Source: Candidatus Aceula meridiana (GTDB taxonomy: Bacteria > Omnitrophota > Gorgyraeia > Zapsychrales > Aceulaceae). Taken from it: a stretch of DNA of 64,000 bases. Made by a program: the position numbers and the translations under genes. The stretch is taken from contig JAVCDE010000031.1 in NCBI GenBank assembly GCA_030765185.1, forward strand, positions 4,650 to 68,649, read 5' to 3'. Under the pieces are notes generated by a model. It was given only the letters and a program-made list of their open reading frames with translations. It was not told the origin of the DNA and made no database searches. Shown here one piece after another: positions 40,609 through 51,421 of this stretch; within the stretch, counting starts at the first letter, position 1; each line of letters opens with the position of its first letter.

Positions 40609-42816
40609 TTATTTCTTTCTTAAAAGCATTCTAACTCTTGCCAAAAGTTTATCACGATCAAACGGTTTATTGACGTAATCATCAGCGCCGGCGTCTAGGC
40701 CTTCAATTTCACTTGTTTTATCAGACTTGGCTGTGAGCATCACAATTGGGATAGACGCTGTCTCTAGGTGAGAACGTATCTTTTTTGTTGCCGTAACGCC
40801 ATCCATCTTGGGCATCATTACATCCATAATAATCAAGCTAGGTTTATCGCGGTAGGCCTTTTTAACGCCCTCTTCTCCGTCTTCTGCTTCAATAACATTA
40901 TATCCACAACTTTCAAAGCAGACTGTTAAGATGGTACGGATATCGGGTTCATCGTCTACAATAAGAACGGTATGCCGCTTGTTAACAGCCTTTCGTAATT
41001 CATTAGCAACCTCATTAACTTCTCTCGGGGAAGATTCCAAAGATGTCTTTTCGCCATCAGACCCTTTTGTTCCTTGATAGCTTTCTTTAGGCTGAATGTC
41101 AAAATCTATCTCCTGAATGCCGCAGACTCTTTCAACTTCCTCAATGGTCGTAACACCGCTTCTTGCTTTTTCACCACCTGCCTCAGCTAATGTACGAAAC
41201 CTTGATTCTCGGGCAGCTTTCATGATTTCATCTTCAGAGGCCTTTTCCGAAATAAGCTTCTTTACTTTTTCGCTTACCTTTAGTATCTCAAAAATTGCTG
41301 TCCTGTTTAAAAATCCTGTATAATTGCACGTCTCGCATCCAGCCCCTTTATAAAGTTTTTCAAGTTTATACCTTTGAATAAAAATCCCAAATTTCTCATG
41401 CATTTGCCTGACTTCTTGCGCGTCAGTAATTTCTTGCCGGCAGCCAGGACAAATAATGCGCACTAACCTCTGCGCCACAATCATGGCCAAAGAAGAGCCA
41501 ATGAGATACGGTTCTAGGCCTAAATCTAAAAGACGGATAACCGTGCTCACAGCGTTATTAGTATGCAGTGTTGAAAAAACTAAGTGGCCTGTCAAAGACG
41601 CCCGGAAGGCAATTTCAGCGGTTTCTAAATCACGAATTTCTCCGACTAAAATAACGTTCGGATCCTGGCGTAAAATGCTTTTTAACCCGCTTGCAAAAGT
41701 AACATTCTTTGCCGGATTAACAGGAATCTGGTTAATCCCTTCTGTCAAATATTCAATCGGGTCTTCAATGGTAACAATATTTTTTGTTTCGCTTTTAATA
41801 AATCCTAGCGCAGCATAAAGTGTAGATGTTTTTCCGGAGCCGGTCGGCCCTGTAACAAGCACCATCCCTTGAGGCTTTTGAATAGCCTCTTTAAAAGCTG
41901 ATAAGTCTCCTGGTTCCATGCCTAATTGTTCAATATATTTCTTTTCTTGGCTTTTGTCTAAAAGACGAATAACAATTTTTTCACCATGAAAAGTAGGAAT
42001 AATGGAAATACGTAAGTCAACTTTTCTTTCATGAATCAGAATAGAACAACGCCCGTCTTGGGGTGAGCGGGTTTCAGAAATATCTAAATCCGATAAAATC
42101 TTGATGCGCACGACCAAAGACGAATGCATCTTAACCGGAATTTTCATAATATTTTTCAGGTATCCATCAATGCGGTAGCGCACTTCAACAAAATCTTCAT
42201 AAGGCTCGATATGGATATCACTAGCGCGGGACTTAACAGCGTCGCTTAAAATAAGGTTAGCCAGCTTAACAACAGGCGAACGGTCCCCTTTAAGAACATC
42301 AGCATCTAAAAAACTTTGATCTTCTTTGCCTTCTTTGACAAGCTCAACCTTGGTATCGTCGACGATATTTTTCATAAGGTCATAGATGGAATCATCAACC
42401 AAATAATATTTATCAATACATTCAGCGATGTCGTTTTTTTTAGCTAAAACAGGGGTAACGCCCATCCCTGCAATCGCAGACAAATCATCTAAGACCGTAA
42501 CATCTTGGGGGTTACTCATCGCTAAAACAAGTTTGCCCTCTTGAACGCGCAAAGGAAATGCGCCATAGCGCTTAGCCTTGTCATATTGAACAAGCTTCAA
42601 TGCTTGGGAATCAATTTTTTCATTATCCAAAGATATCGCGGGTAGGTTAAAAACTTTTGAAGCGACACGCAGAAGGTCCTCTTCTTTTAGAAAATCCATC
42701 TCAACTAAAAGTTCATGAATGGGCTTTTGAGCCCCAATTTGCTTAGCCTCAGCATCTTGGAGATTGTCGAATGTGATTAATTTTTCTTTTAAAAGGGCTT
42801 CAATAAGTGTCGTCAT
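40609..42816 (-). CDS. GspE/PilB-family secretion ATPase fused to a C-terminal response-regulator receiver domain.
   Basis: T2SSE N-domain, Walker A GPTGSGKT, tetracysteine CPGC...CETC, then a ~120-aa receiver (LIVDDEPD...IIMDVMMPKMDG...K). Confidence 0.8.
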   Translation of the reverse strand: MTTLIEALLKEKLITFDNLQDAEAKQIGAQKPIHELLVEMDFLKEEDLLRVASKVFNLPAISLDNEKIDSQALKLVQYDKAKRYGAFPLRVQEGKLVLAMSNPQDVTVLDDLSAIAGMGVTPVLAKKNDIAECIDKYYLVDDSIYDLMKNIVDDTKVELVKEGKEDQSFLDADVLKGDRSPVVKLANLILSDAVKSRASDIHIEPYEDFVEVRYRIDGYLKNIMKIPVKMHSSLVVRIKILSDLDISETRSPQDGRCSILIHERKVDLRISIIPTFHGEKIVIRLLDKSQEKKYIEQLGMEPGDLSAFKEAIQKPQGMVLVTGPTGSGKTSTLYAALGFIKSETKNIVTIEDPIEYLTEGINQIPVNPAKNVTFASGLKSILRQDPNVILVGEIRDLETAEIAFRASLTGHLVFSTLHTNNAVSTVIRLLDLGLEPYLIGSSLAMIVAQRLVRIICPGCRQEITDAQEVRQMHEKFGIFIQRYKLEKLYKGAGCETCNYTGFLNRTAIFEILKVSEKVKKLISEKASEDEIMKAARESRFRTLAEAGGEKARSGVTTIEEVERVCGIQEIDFDIQPKESYQGTKGSDGEKTSLESSPREVNEVANELRKAVNKRHTVLIVDDEPDIRTILTVCFESCGYNVIEAEDGEEGVKKAYRDKPSLIIMDVMMPKMDGVTATKKIRSHLETASIPIVMLTAKSDKTSEIEGLDAGADDYVNKPFDRDKLLARVRMLLRKK

Positions 42817-42821
42817 AAATT

Positions 42822-43211
42822 CTATTCGGCTAAAATGTCTTTTATTTTTTCAATCAAAGCTTGAATTTCATAAGGTTTCTCAAAATAAGCAGAAACCCCT
42901 TGCTGGCTTATTGTTTCTTTTAGCACCTTGTCCTGCGCTGCTGTTGAAATAATTATAGGAATATCCTTAGTGTGTGCAGAAAGTCTTAAATTCTTCAAAG
43001 CGGTAACCCCGCCGCCCCCGGGAAGCCTCAAGTCTAAAATAATGATATCCGGTCTTTTATCGTGGGCAACTTGCGTTGCCTGAAAAGTGTCTAAAGCCGA
43101 CATTACCTCAAAATTATACTCCTGAAGCCTTCTTTCCAGAATTTGTAAAAAATCTAAATCATCTTCAACAATAAGTACTTTATGCATACACATCTTCCCC
43201 GTTTGCCCCAT
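42822..43211 (-). CDS. Single-domain response regulator. The true start is probably the internal ATG at ~43187-43193.
   Basis: VLIVEDD...IIILDLRLPGGGG. The listed N-terminus overlaps the predicted -10. Confidence 0.75.
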   Translation of the reverse strand: MGQTGKMCMHKVLIVEDDLDFLQILERRLQEYNFEVMSALDTFQATQVAHDKRPDIIILDLRLPGGGGVTALKNLRLSAHTKDIPIIISTAAQDKVLKETISQQGVSAYFEKPYEIQALIEKIKDILAE

Positions 43212-43237
43212 TTTACCTCGAAAACTAGGGTTTGCAA
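43210..43237 (-). promoter_or_regulatory. Sigma70-like promoter TTGCAA-16-TAAAAT for the signalling operon.
   Basis: Hexamers read on the minus strand 57 bp downstream of the malQ stop. Confidence 0.35.
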
Positions 43238-43268
43238 AACGTTATATTAAGAATATCTATATTAATAC

Positions 43269-44762
43269 TTAACGATGAGTACTTTTGCAAAGAGAGGCTA
43301 GGCTGCTTTCAAGCTCTGGGGTAAGCTGTGAGTCAAGAACTCTCCATTGCCAATTGTTCTGCATGGTTGATGGCGTGTTCATGCGGTGGGCAGCATCAAG
43401 ACCTAAGGCATCCTGCAGAGGAAAAATAGCCGTGTCTGCCACGGACTTCATTGCAAGGGTAACCATCTGCCAGTGAATTTGTTCAGGCTGTGCGGTCTCG
43501 CCCAAACATTCTTCAATCCGCGTCTTCATCTCTTCGGAAACTTCCTGCTTAAACCAGCCTTGGGTTGTGTTGTTATCATGTGTGCCGGTATAAACCAAAC
43601 AATTCTTAATGTAATTCTGCGGTAAATAAGGATTGTCCTCTTTGCCGTCAAAAGCAAAAGCCAGAATTTTCATGCCGGGAAAATCATATTTCTTGATAAT
43701 TTCTTTAACGCCATCAGTTATAACACCTAAATCTTCGGCAATAATCGGAAATGTCTTAAAATGCGCTATCAGCTCCTCAAAGAAATCTTCCACCGGAACT
43801 TTAACCCACTGCCCCTTAATGGCGGTCTTCTCTCCCTGCGGAACCTCCCAAAAAGCCACAAACCCGCGAAAGTGGTCAATTCGCACAATGTCAAAAAAAT
43901 TAAAATTCTGAGCTAGGCGCTCTTTCCACCATTGATAGCGCTCCTTTTTAAGAGCATCCCACCGATAAACCGGATTGCCCCAGAGCTGACCGGTTTCACT
44001 AAAATAATCAGGAGGAACTCCTGCCATCCCCAAAGGGTTTCCTGCCTTATCAATTTTAAAAATATGCTGATGCGTCCAAACATCGGCACTGTCATGCTGA
44101 ACATAAAAAGGTAAATCTCCAATAATCTGGATGCCCTTGTTATTGCAATATTGCTTTAATGTAAACCATTGTTTCAGAAATAAGAATTGAAAGAATTTTT
44201 CACGCAAAATAACATCATCCAATTCTTGGCGGCATTTCTCTAAAGCCTGCTGATCGCGATTGCGAATTTCTTCAGGCCAATTCACCCAAGATGCCCCTGC
44301 AAAATGCTTCTTAAGAGCTGCGAACACCGCGTAATCCTCAAGCCAGAATTTATTCTTCTCTTGAAATGTTTTAAAGTCTGCATCCCTAAGAATATTCTTT
44401 TTAGAATTGGCAAACGCTTTATGCAAAAGCGCTGTCTTGTGAAGAGCAGCTTTGTGATAATCAACTCGCCCCTCTGAGAACTTAGGTAAATTTTCAAGAT
44501 CACTTTTCTGTAAAAAACCATCTTTTAGCAAAATTTCGGGACTGATAAATAGCGTGTTGCCGGCAAAGGCTGAGCAACTGCTGTAAGGAGAACTGGCAAG
44601 GGCTAAGTCCGTCAGATTAAGAGGAAGAATTTGCCAATATTTCTGACCGCTCTTTTTTAAAAAATCAGCAAACCGATAAGCACCTTTGCCAAAATCCCCT
44701 ATTCCGTAGGGGGAAGGCAAGGACGTGATATGCAAAAGGATTCCGCTTGCACGTTTTTTCAT
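43269..44762 (-). CDS. malQ: 4-alpha-glucanotransferase (amylomaltase, GH77).
   Basis: The N-terminus RASGILLHITSLPSPYGIGDFG is a classical MalQ start. Confidence 0.85.
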   Translation of the reverse strand: MKKRASGILLHITSLPSPYGIGDFGKGAYRFADFLKKSGQKYWQILPLNLTDLALASSPYSSCSAFAGNTLFISPEILLKDGFLQKSDLENLPKFSEGRVDYHKAALHKTALLHKAFANSKKNILRDADFKTFQEKNKFWLEDYAVFAALKKHFAGASWVNWPEEIRNRDQQALEKCRQELDDVILREKFFQFLFLKQWFTLKQYCNNKGIQIIGDLPFYVQHDSADVWTHQHIFKIDKAGNPLGMAGVPPDYFSETGQLWGNPVYRWDALKKERYQWWKERLAQNFNFFDIVRIDHFRGFVAFWEVPQGEKTAIKGQWVKVPVEDFFEELIAHFKTFPIIAEDLGVITDGVKEIIKKYDFPGMKILAFAFDGKEDNPYLPQNYIKNCLVYTGTHDNNTTQGWFKQEVSEEMKTRIEECLGETAQPEQIHWQMVTLAMKSVADTAIFPLQDALGLDAAHRMNTPSTMQNNWQWRVLDSQLTPELESSLASLCKSTHR

Positions 44763-47236
44763 TTTTCTCCTATTCCAACTCTAAGAAAATCAGCCAAAAG
44801 GCCAAAAGCCGCAACCCACCTTTGACAACGGCTATCCCCTTGCTCAGACTTTGCTTTTCTTTCGTTGAAAAATTGTTTTTTAAGTTCGAAACAAATATTT
44901 TGCGCACGCCACAAATCTAAACTAAAACCTAAGTAATCTAAATTCTCTAAAAGAGCGGCCACCGTTTCCATAAGGATAACGTCCTCAGGATTTTCTCTTA
45001 AAGCGCCCATCAAATGGTCGATTCTTTTTTCGGTTGCAAAACAAATTGTTTCTTTGTCTCGCGAAAACGACCATCGTTTAAGCTCCCAAATTAAAAGACG
45101 AATTTGCTTCATGTCAAGGGGGTGCTTCTCGATCTCATCGCACAAATCGCGATTGAGAACAAATTCAACCACGGTCGAGAGTGCCTTAGGAAGCGTGACA
45201 TGTAGTTCTTTTTGAACCTGCATCAAAGGATAATGCTTGTCATAAATCTGGCGGAAGGAACCTTCAATTTCTTCCATTGTTGTTTTTAAAACTTCGTTTA
45301 AGATTTTTTGCTGTTCATTTCTAAAAAGATCTTGGATAGAATAGTTTTGCGGCCCAAAATATCTTTCAATCAGCCTCGTTGTCTCGGGGATACGCTTTGC
45401 AACAAAAGCCTCTAAAATTTCTTTTTCAGCCTGCTCATAGGTCCCCTCTTTCATCTGATCAACACCTCTGATGATATTATGATTCCCCAAGTGCATCCCG
45501 ACGAAAAACACAGGGGTTTTATCTAGCGTGATGTCAGAGCGCACCCATCCTTTACCAATAGAAAGCTTAAGCCTGTCTTTTTCTTGCTTACGATAAGTTT
45601 CAGTTCTTACCGTATAGCAATAAATCCTATTCTCCTGAGGATATTCTTCGAAAAGAGAAGAAACAGCATAATGAGCTCCAACTCTTAAAAGGCCAACGGC
45701 AGAAGGCTTCACAGCCGTTCGATAAATATATTCTCCGTCTTTGTATTCGGGAACATTACTTTTTGCTTTCTTCAGCTGTTCTGAAAATTTCTGATCAAAA
45801 TTAGTCCCGTCAATAAATTCTATAAGTTGAATAACGCGCGCAGCATATTTTAGAATTTGAGTCGGCTCAATCCCTGAAATTTCATCAAAAAACCATCCGC
45901 AGCTTGTATACATCAACATGCTGTTCCGCTGCATCTCTAAAAGTTTTAAAAATTTAATCTTATTAGCCTCAGGAACCTGCGAAAGATGATTCTCCTTAAA
46001 AAAACGCTCAATTGTTTCAGTATTTCGATTTAAAACAACATCGATATAGCAGTCTCTGACAGCCCAAATGTCCTTGGCATACAAAGGCATTTCTTTTTCG
46101 TAGGTTTTGTTTGCTTGCTCAGACAACCAATCAAGGCTTTGACGCAAGGGCTTGCGCCACTTCTGATTCCATTTAGGGTTTATTCCAATTTTGCATCCGC
46201 AGTCGCTTCGCCAGCGCTCAACGCCATGCGAACAACTCCAAGACGTATTTTCAAGAATCTCAACTTCTTCATTCGGAGGAAATTTCTCCAAATATTCGCC
46301 GTAAATCGTTACCGTAGCTAATTCGTTAGATTCAATATGTCGAAGGCAATAAGCAAGAGCCATGTCTGCAAATTTATGATGATGTCCGTATGTTTCACCG
46401 TCTGTAGCGATATGTATCATCTGAGCATCTTTTAATTTCGGATCAAACGCATCCACAAGCCTTTTAGCAAAAAAAGCGCCATCCTTCAGAAGTCTTTCAA
46501 ATGCAACAGCTTGGGATATTGGCCCATCGTAAAAGAAAAGAGAAATGCTTCTGCCTGAGGGCAAGCGGCACAAGTACGGTCTTTTAGGGTCAATTTTTTG
46601 CCCTGAAACATCAATCCACTTTTTATCAGAAAACTTTTTGACCCTCTTCGCTTGATGCGGGGCGAGAACAGTAAACTTAATTCCATGTTCGGCCATGATA
46701 TCAAGGCTCTCAAGGTCAACGGCAGTCTCGGCAAGCCACATGCCTTCTGGTCTTCGTTTAAAACGATATTCGAAATCTTTAATGCCCCAAATAATTTGCG
46801 TGCGCTTATCCTGGGCGTTCGCCAAAGGCATAATCATGTGGTTATAAACCTGCGCGATGGCAGCGCCATGTCCTGAAAAATTTTTTTGGCTAAGCCTGTC
46901 AGCTTCTAAAATCGCTTGATAGGCTTGTGTGTCGTGGGTCTCCATCCAAGAAAGAAGCGTTGGCCCAAAATTAAAACTTATCTTAGAGTAATTATTAACG
47001 ATATCGACAATTTTTTTGTCCCCGCCTAAAATGCGGGCAGCTGCATTACGCGAATAGCATTCGTGCGATATGCGCTCATTCCAATCGTGATAAGGATAGG
47101 CACTGTCCTGAAGCTCAATGGCCTCAAGCCAAGGGTTTTCTCGAGGAGGCTGGTAAAAATGTCCGTGGATGCAGATGTAGCGGTCCAAAAAATCTCCTTT
47201 ATATAAAACGACTCTGATTAAGAGTTGATAAGCCAA
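44759..47236 (-). CDS. GH57 family alpha-glucan-active enzyme (alpha-amylase/branching-enzyme-like) with a C-terminal extension.
   Basis: The N-terminus HGHFYQPPRENPW is typical of GH57. 825 aa. Confidence 0.7.
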   Translation of the reverse strand: MAYQLLIRVVLYKGDFLDRYICIHGHFYQPPRENPWLEAIELQDSAYPYHDWNERISHECYSRNAAARILGGDKKIVDIVNNYSKISFNFGPTLLSWMETHDTQAYQAILEADRLSQKNFSGHGAAIAQVYNHMIMPLANAQDKRTQIIWGIKDFEYRFKRRPEGMWLAETAVDLESLDIMAEHGIKFTVLAPHQAKRVKKFSDKKWIDVSGQKIDPKRPYLCRLPSGRSISLFFYDGPISQAVAFERLLKDGAFFAKRLVDAFDPKLKDAQMIHIATDGETYGHHHKFADMALAYCLRHIESNELATVTIYGEYLEKFPPNEEVEILENTSWSCSHGVERWRSDCGCKIGINPKWNQKWRKPLRQSLDWLSEQANKTYEKEMPLYAKDIWAVRDCYIDVVLNRNTETIERFFKENHLSQVPEANKIKFLKLLEMQRNSMLMYTSCGWFFDEISGIEPTQILKYAARVIQLIEFIDGTNFDQKFSEQLKKAKSNVPEYKDGEYIYRTAVKPSAVGLLRVGAHYAVSSLFEEYPQENRIYCYTVRTETYRKQEKDRLKLSIGKGWVRSDITLDKTPVFFVGMHLGNHNIIRGVDQMKEGTYEQAEKEILEAFVAKRIPETTRLIERYFGPQNYSIQDLFRNEQQKILNEVLKTTMEEIEGSFRQIYDKHYPLMQVQKELHVTLPKALSTVVEFVLNRDLCDEIEKHPLDMKQIRLLIWELKRWSFSRDKETICFATEKRIDHLMGALRENPEDVILMETVAALLENLDYLGFSLDLWRAQNICFELKKQFFNERKAKSEQGDSRCQRWVAAFGLLADFLRVGIGEK

Positions 47237-47299
47237 ACGACCACTTCGTTATCTTTGAATTATCTCTAGATTGAGTGGTCGTTAAAAAAATAAAAAATT

Positions 47300-47617
47300 T
47301 TATTTTTTAGCCTTGGCTATTTTCTTGGCTTTTTTTCTTTCTGTGCTTAGGCTTGGTTGAAAAACATTACGATAATAGTTTCGTTCCGGTTCAACCAAAG
47401 AAACAAAATCTTGTTTTTTACGCGAAATATAATTAATTTTATCTTCGCGGGCTAACCATCCTAAAGCTTGAAAAACAACCTCGCCTTTTTCTTTAACAAG
47501 CTTGGCAAGGTCTGTTACCTTAACTTCTTCTTTTTCGCCTAAAACCTGCCAGGTTTTTCCTGCGGCTTCAATAATTTTTCCTTTCATCTCTTCCTCCTTA
47601 TTAAAATTTCTCTCCAT
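47300..47617 (-). CDS. Small hypothetical protein, possibly winged-helix.
   Basis: The ORF is there, but no family was recognised. Confidence 0.35.
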   Translation of the reverse strand: MERNFNKEEEMKGKIIEAAGKTWQVLGEKEEVKVTDLAKLVKEKGEVVFQALGWLAREDKINYISRKKQDFVSLVEPERNYYRNVFQPSLSTERKKAKKIAKAKK

Positions 47618-47703
47618 GCTTGCGATTTCATTGAGACACTATTTTTATATCAAAAACCTGTTTTCGTCAAGTAAATTTGTTGTGCCAAAACTTTTTAAAA
47701 GCC

Positions 47704-49629
47704 TTAAGTCTTCTTGAAAAATAAAACGCCTAAGGGTGGCAAAGTCAAAGACAAAGATTGCGCAAAACCATGGGCTCCAATATGTTCTGTCTCTTTCCCG
47801 CCCATGTTTCCTTGTCCGCTCCCCCCGTAGCTTTTTGAATCGCTGTTAACTAATTCCTTCCAATGCCCTTCATCCGGGACACCAACGCGGTAACCGTTAC
47901 GTGTCTGCGGCGTAAAATTGCAAACAACAACAATTTTTTCTTCCGGCTTTTCGTTATGGCGCATAAAGCTGATGACTCCCTGCTGCCAATCGCTTCCGTC
48001 GATCCACTGTAAACCACGCGGCTCAAAATCGTGCGCGTATAAAGCTTTTTCCTCACGATAAACATGATTTAAATCTTTCATCCATTGATGCAGTCCTTGA
48101 TGCGGCGCATATTGCAGAAGATGCCATTCAAGGCTCTGGTCGTGATTCCATTCTGCCCATTGACCAAGCTCAGCGCCCATAAACAATAATTTTTTCCCGG
48201 GATGAGCAAACATGTATCCCAACAATAGACGCATATTTGCAAATTTTTGCCAATCATCTCCCGGCATTTTTTCTAAAAGAGAGCCTTTGCCATGCACAAC
48301 CTCGTCGTGAGAAAGAGAAAGAACAAAATTCTCTGTAAACGTGTAAAGAAAACTAAATGTTAAATCGCTATGATGGTATTTTCGGTAAATTGGATTCTTA
48401 GAAAAATACACAAGGGTGTCATGCATCCATCCCATATTCCACTTCATGCCAAACCCCAAGCCGCCTTCATAAAGTGGACGTGAAACACCTTGCCAGGCTG
48501 TCGACTCCTCTGCAATCATCTGAACGTCAGAAAACTCTTTATACACAACACTGTTTAGTATTTTTAAAAATTCAATCGACTCGAGATTTTCCCGTCCACC
48601 AAAACGATTGGGAATCCATTGCCCGGCTTCTCTTGAATAATCCAAGTAAAGCATCGAAGCTACTGCATCGACTCGAATTCCGTCGATATGATACTTATCA
48701 AACCAAAAAAGTGCGCTTGAAATTAAGAATGCTTTAACTTCATTGCGGCCATGGTCAAAGATATAACTTTTCCAGTCAGGATGAAATCCTTTTTTCGGAT
48801 CAGCATGCTCATAAAGATGCGTTCCGTCAAACTTAAAAAGTCCATGAACATCCGACGGAAAATGTGAAGGCACCCAATCTAAAATAACTCCAATATTATT
48901 TTGATGAAGACGGTCAATAAGATACATAAAATCTTGCGGGCTTCCATAGCGCGAAGTTGGCGAAAAATAGCCAACAGTCTGATATCCCCAAGATCCATAA
49001 AAAGGATGTTCCGTAATAGGAAGAAGCTCCACGTGTGTATATCCCATTTCCTTAACATAATCAACAAGCTGATCAGCCAACTCCGAATATGTTAAAGAAC
49101 GATTAGAGTCTTCTGGAACACGCCGCCAAGATCCAAGGTGCACCTCGTAAATCGACATTGGCGACTGAAGGCTGTTTCTTGTATGCCTCTCCTCCATCCA
49201 CTTAGAATCTTTCCATGGATACTCTGTATCCCAAACAATGGAAGCAGTCTTAGGTGGGATTTCATTATAAAATGCAAAAGGATCTTTTTTGTCTTCCCGA
49301 TAACCGTTTTCTTTAGATTCAACATAATATTTATAAGCTGTGCCTTTGCCAATGCCGGGAATAAAACCTTCCCAGATTCCTGAAGAATCCCAGCGAACGC
49401 CCAAAGGATGCGAGCCCTTATTCCACCCGTTGAAGTCTCCCATCACGCAAACACGCTCAGCATTTGGAGCCCAGACAGCAAAAGAGACTCCTTCTTTCCC
49501 ATCAACTGTCATGGGGCAGGAGCCTAGTTTATCATAAAGCCGGAAATGAGTTCCCTCTTTAAAAAGGTAGGAATCTTGATCTGTAAATCGAGTAACGCCG
49601 TGGACGATGTTGCCGTTATTGAATTTCAT
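47704..49629 (-). CDS. glgB: 1,4-alpha-glucan branching enzyme (GH13).
   Basis: CBM48 plus GH13 catalytic motifs (GFRVDAV-like [14 protein letters not shown]). Confidence 0.9.
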   Translation of the reverse strand: MKFNNGNIVHGVTRFTDQDSYLFKEGTHFRLYDKLGSCPMTVDGKEGVSFAVWAPNAERVCVMGDFNGWNKGSHPLGVRWDSSGIWEGFIPGIGKGTAYKYYVESKENGYREDKKDPFAFYNEIPPKTASIVWDTEYPWKDSKWMEERHTRNSLQSPMSIYEVHLGSWRRVPEDSNRSLTYSELADQLVDYVKEMGYTHVELLPITEHPFYGSWGYQTVGYFSPTSRYGSPQDFMYLIDRLHQNNIGVILDWVPSHFPSDVHGLFKFDGTHLYEHADPKKGFHPDWKSYIFDHGRNEVKAFLISSALFWFDKYHIDGIRVDAVASMLYLDYSREAGQWIPNRFGGRENLESIEFLKILNSVVYKEFSDVQMIAEESTAWQGVSRPLYEGGLGFGMKWNMGWMHDTLVYFSKNPIYRKYHHSDLTFSFLYTFTENFVLSLSHDEVVHGKGSLLEKMPGDDWQKFANMRLLLGYMFAHPGKKLLFMGAELGQWAEWNHDQSLEWHLLQYAPHQGLHQWMKDLNHVYREEKALYAHDFEPRGLQWIDGSDWQQGVISFMRHNEKPEEKIVVVCNFTPQTRNGYRVGVPDEGHWKELVNSDSKSYGGSGQGNMGGKETEHIGAHGFAQSLSLTLPPLGVLFFKKT

Positions 49630-49779
49630 TTTTAATCTTTTTCTATAAAAATTTTTTTATCTTCAATGTTTTCAACAAATTACGTTCCAAGACAAAAGTC
49701 AAAGATTGTAATTATTTTACATAAAAGACAAGAAATAGCAACAAGATTCTTTGCCATAGAAAGTTCAAAAGATTAACTG

Positions 49780-50694
49780 TTAGAATGAATATACCACTGA
49801 AGAGATAAAGCGCAAATCGTTCTTTTTTGTGTTGTTTCCAGGACGATTATTAAATTCATCAACAACGCTCAGCTTAAGGGACCAATAGTCATCAAGCGGG
49901 CTTGTGAGAGCGGCTTCCCCCTTTACACGATAGGCTTCGGGCTCGCCTACAGGGAAATACATCGTGATATCGTTTGAAATTCTAGTTTTTCCAATAAGAC
50001 GCTTTTCTAAAAACAGTCTCGGAATGAAAATGCCCTCGCTAGTCGATTCTGTGCGGTCTCGATAATCCGTATATTCATATCCAGCGCCAAGCTCTGTCAT
50101 GAACTTAAAATCTTCAGCATCTGAAAACCAATATCCAACACCAGTTGAAGGAACAAGCCGGTAATCAATATTAGAAAAGCGATCATGGTCAGCCTCAAAT
50201 TTATAAAAATTATACCATTTTAAATTATCACTAAAACTAAAAGCATAACGCGCCATGCCGCTATATCTCTGACTGTCCATCTTCTCATCTGTTGAAGAAT
50301 ATAGACTCTCAGCCTTTAAAGTAAATTCATTGCGCTCCGTTTTACGTTTCGTTTCAAAAGATGCAGAAAGCTGAGACTTCTCAGTATTGCCGGTTGAAAG
50401 GCTGTATCCTGCAGAAAATTCACGCGTCCAAAGCTTTGATGCAGCTTCTTGAATTTCTGCTACCTGTTCTGGCTCAGAATTCTGTTTTTCCTTTTCATCC
50501 TCATTGAGGAATTCTCTTCTAATCGTAACAATACCTAAGGCTTGTGTCTCGACGGTAACTGTGTCATCCTCTTGCGCAAGAATAGTCCCTGTAATTTTGT
50601 CATTGTTCTTAAAATAAATTTCTTCAGCGGAAACTTTTGAAGAAACAGCCACACAAAAACAAAATAATAAAAATACTATTCCCTTCTTCGTCAA
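49780..50694 (-). CDS. Putative outer-membrane beta-barrel protein (DUF481-like).
   Basis: Signal peptide and a C-terminal SVVYSF aromatic terminus. Confidence 0.45.
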   Translation of the reverse strand: MTKKGIVFLLFCFCVAVSSKVSAEEIYFKNNDKITGTILAQEDDTVTVETQALGIVTIRREFLNEDEKEKQNSEPEQVAEIQEAASKLWTREFSAGYSLSTGNTEKSQLSASFETKRKTERNEFTLKAESLYSSTDEKMDSQRYSGMARYAFSFSDNLKWYNFYKFEADHDRFSNIDYRLVPSTGVGYWFSDAEDFKFMTELGAGYEYTDYRDRTESTSEGIFIPRLFLEKRLIGKTRISNDITMYFPVGEPEAYRVKGEAALTSPLDDYWSLKLSVVDEFNNRPGNNTKKNDLRFISSVVYSF

Positions 50695-51269
50695 TCTATT
50701 TCTCCGGCTAATTGTTCAACTTCTTTAAGCATGTCTTTTCTCTCTTGATCACTTACACTCGCTACAGAATTAAAATATTTTTGTTTTAAAAACGCCATAC
50801 CGCAAAAATCCGCAAGACTCTGGCCTATAGTAAAATCCATAGCTTTAAAAGCTCCTGTTTTTTCACTAACATCTTTAGGCGCATTCAAGGTGCAGATGAC
50901 CAAAACCTTCTTCTCCGGCAGCAAGCCTTCCATCTTTTCTGTATAAGCAAATCCGACACTAAAAACACGGTCAATGTAACCCCGCGCAATAGCCGGTAGA
51001 CTGTTCCACCATACCGGAAAAACAAAAGTAACAACATCTGCCCAGCGTACGTGGTCTTGCTCGACCTTAACGTCGTCAAGAACGCCGCCTTTTTCTAAGA
51101 CTTCAAAATCTTTTGCACTTAAAACAGGATCAAAGCCTATCGCATAAAGGTCGCGCACGCGCACCTCGTGCCCTTTTTGCTCCAAGGCATCTTTTAGCGT
51201 TTCTCTGATAGCGCAATTAAAACTTTTTGAATTTGGATGACTATAAATAATTAAATGGTTCATCGTCAT
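50691..51269 (-). CDS. Flavodoxin-like NAD(P)H-dependent FMN oxidoreductase (NQO/MdaB-like).
   Basis: N-terminus LIIYSHPNSKSFNCA, flavodoxin_2 fold. 4-nt overlap with the downstream gene. Confidence 0.7.
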   Translation of the reverse strand: MTMNHLIIYSHPNSKSFNCAIRETLKDALEQKGHEVRVRDLYAIGFDPVLSAKDFEVLEKGGVLDDVKVEQDHVRWADVVTFVFPVWWNSLPAIARGYIDRVFSVGFAYTEKMEGLLPEKKVLVICTLNAPKDVSEKTGAFKAMDFTIGQSLADFCGMAFLKQKYFNSVASVSDQERKDMLKEVEQLAGEID

Positions 51270-51375
51270 TCTTTCTTTAAAAAGTGTTATGTAGGATTAT
51301 GTCCCACTTAAGAAATAAAAGATTGTCTACAAAAAATCTTTTTACCTTTAGCTTCTCAAAATTAAAATTTCCTTC

Positions 51376-51410
51376 TAAAAAACAATAGGGCCGGTCTTTA
51401 AACCGGTCCT
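51376..51410 (-). terminator. Probable intrinsic terminator after tRNA-Gln.
   Basis: GGACCGG-UUUAAAG-CCGGCCC (one mismatch) followed by UAUUGUUUUUU on the minus strand. Confidence 0.35.
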
Positions 51411-51421
51411 TATTAAATCAG

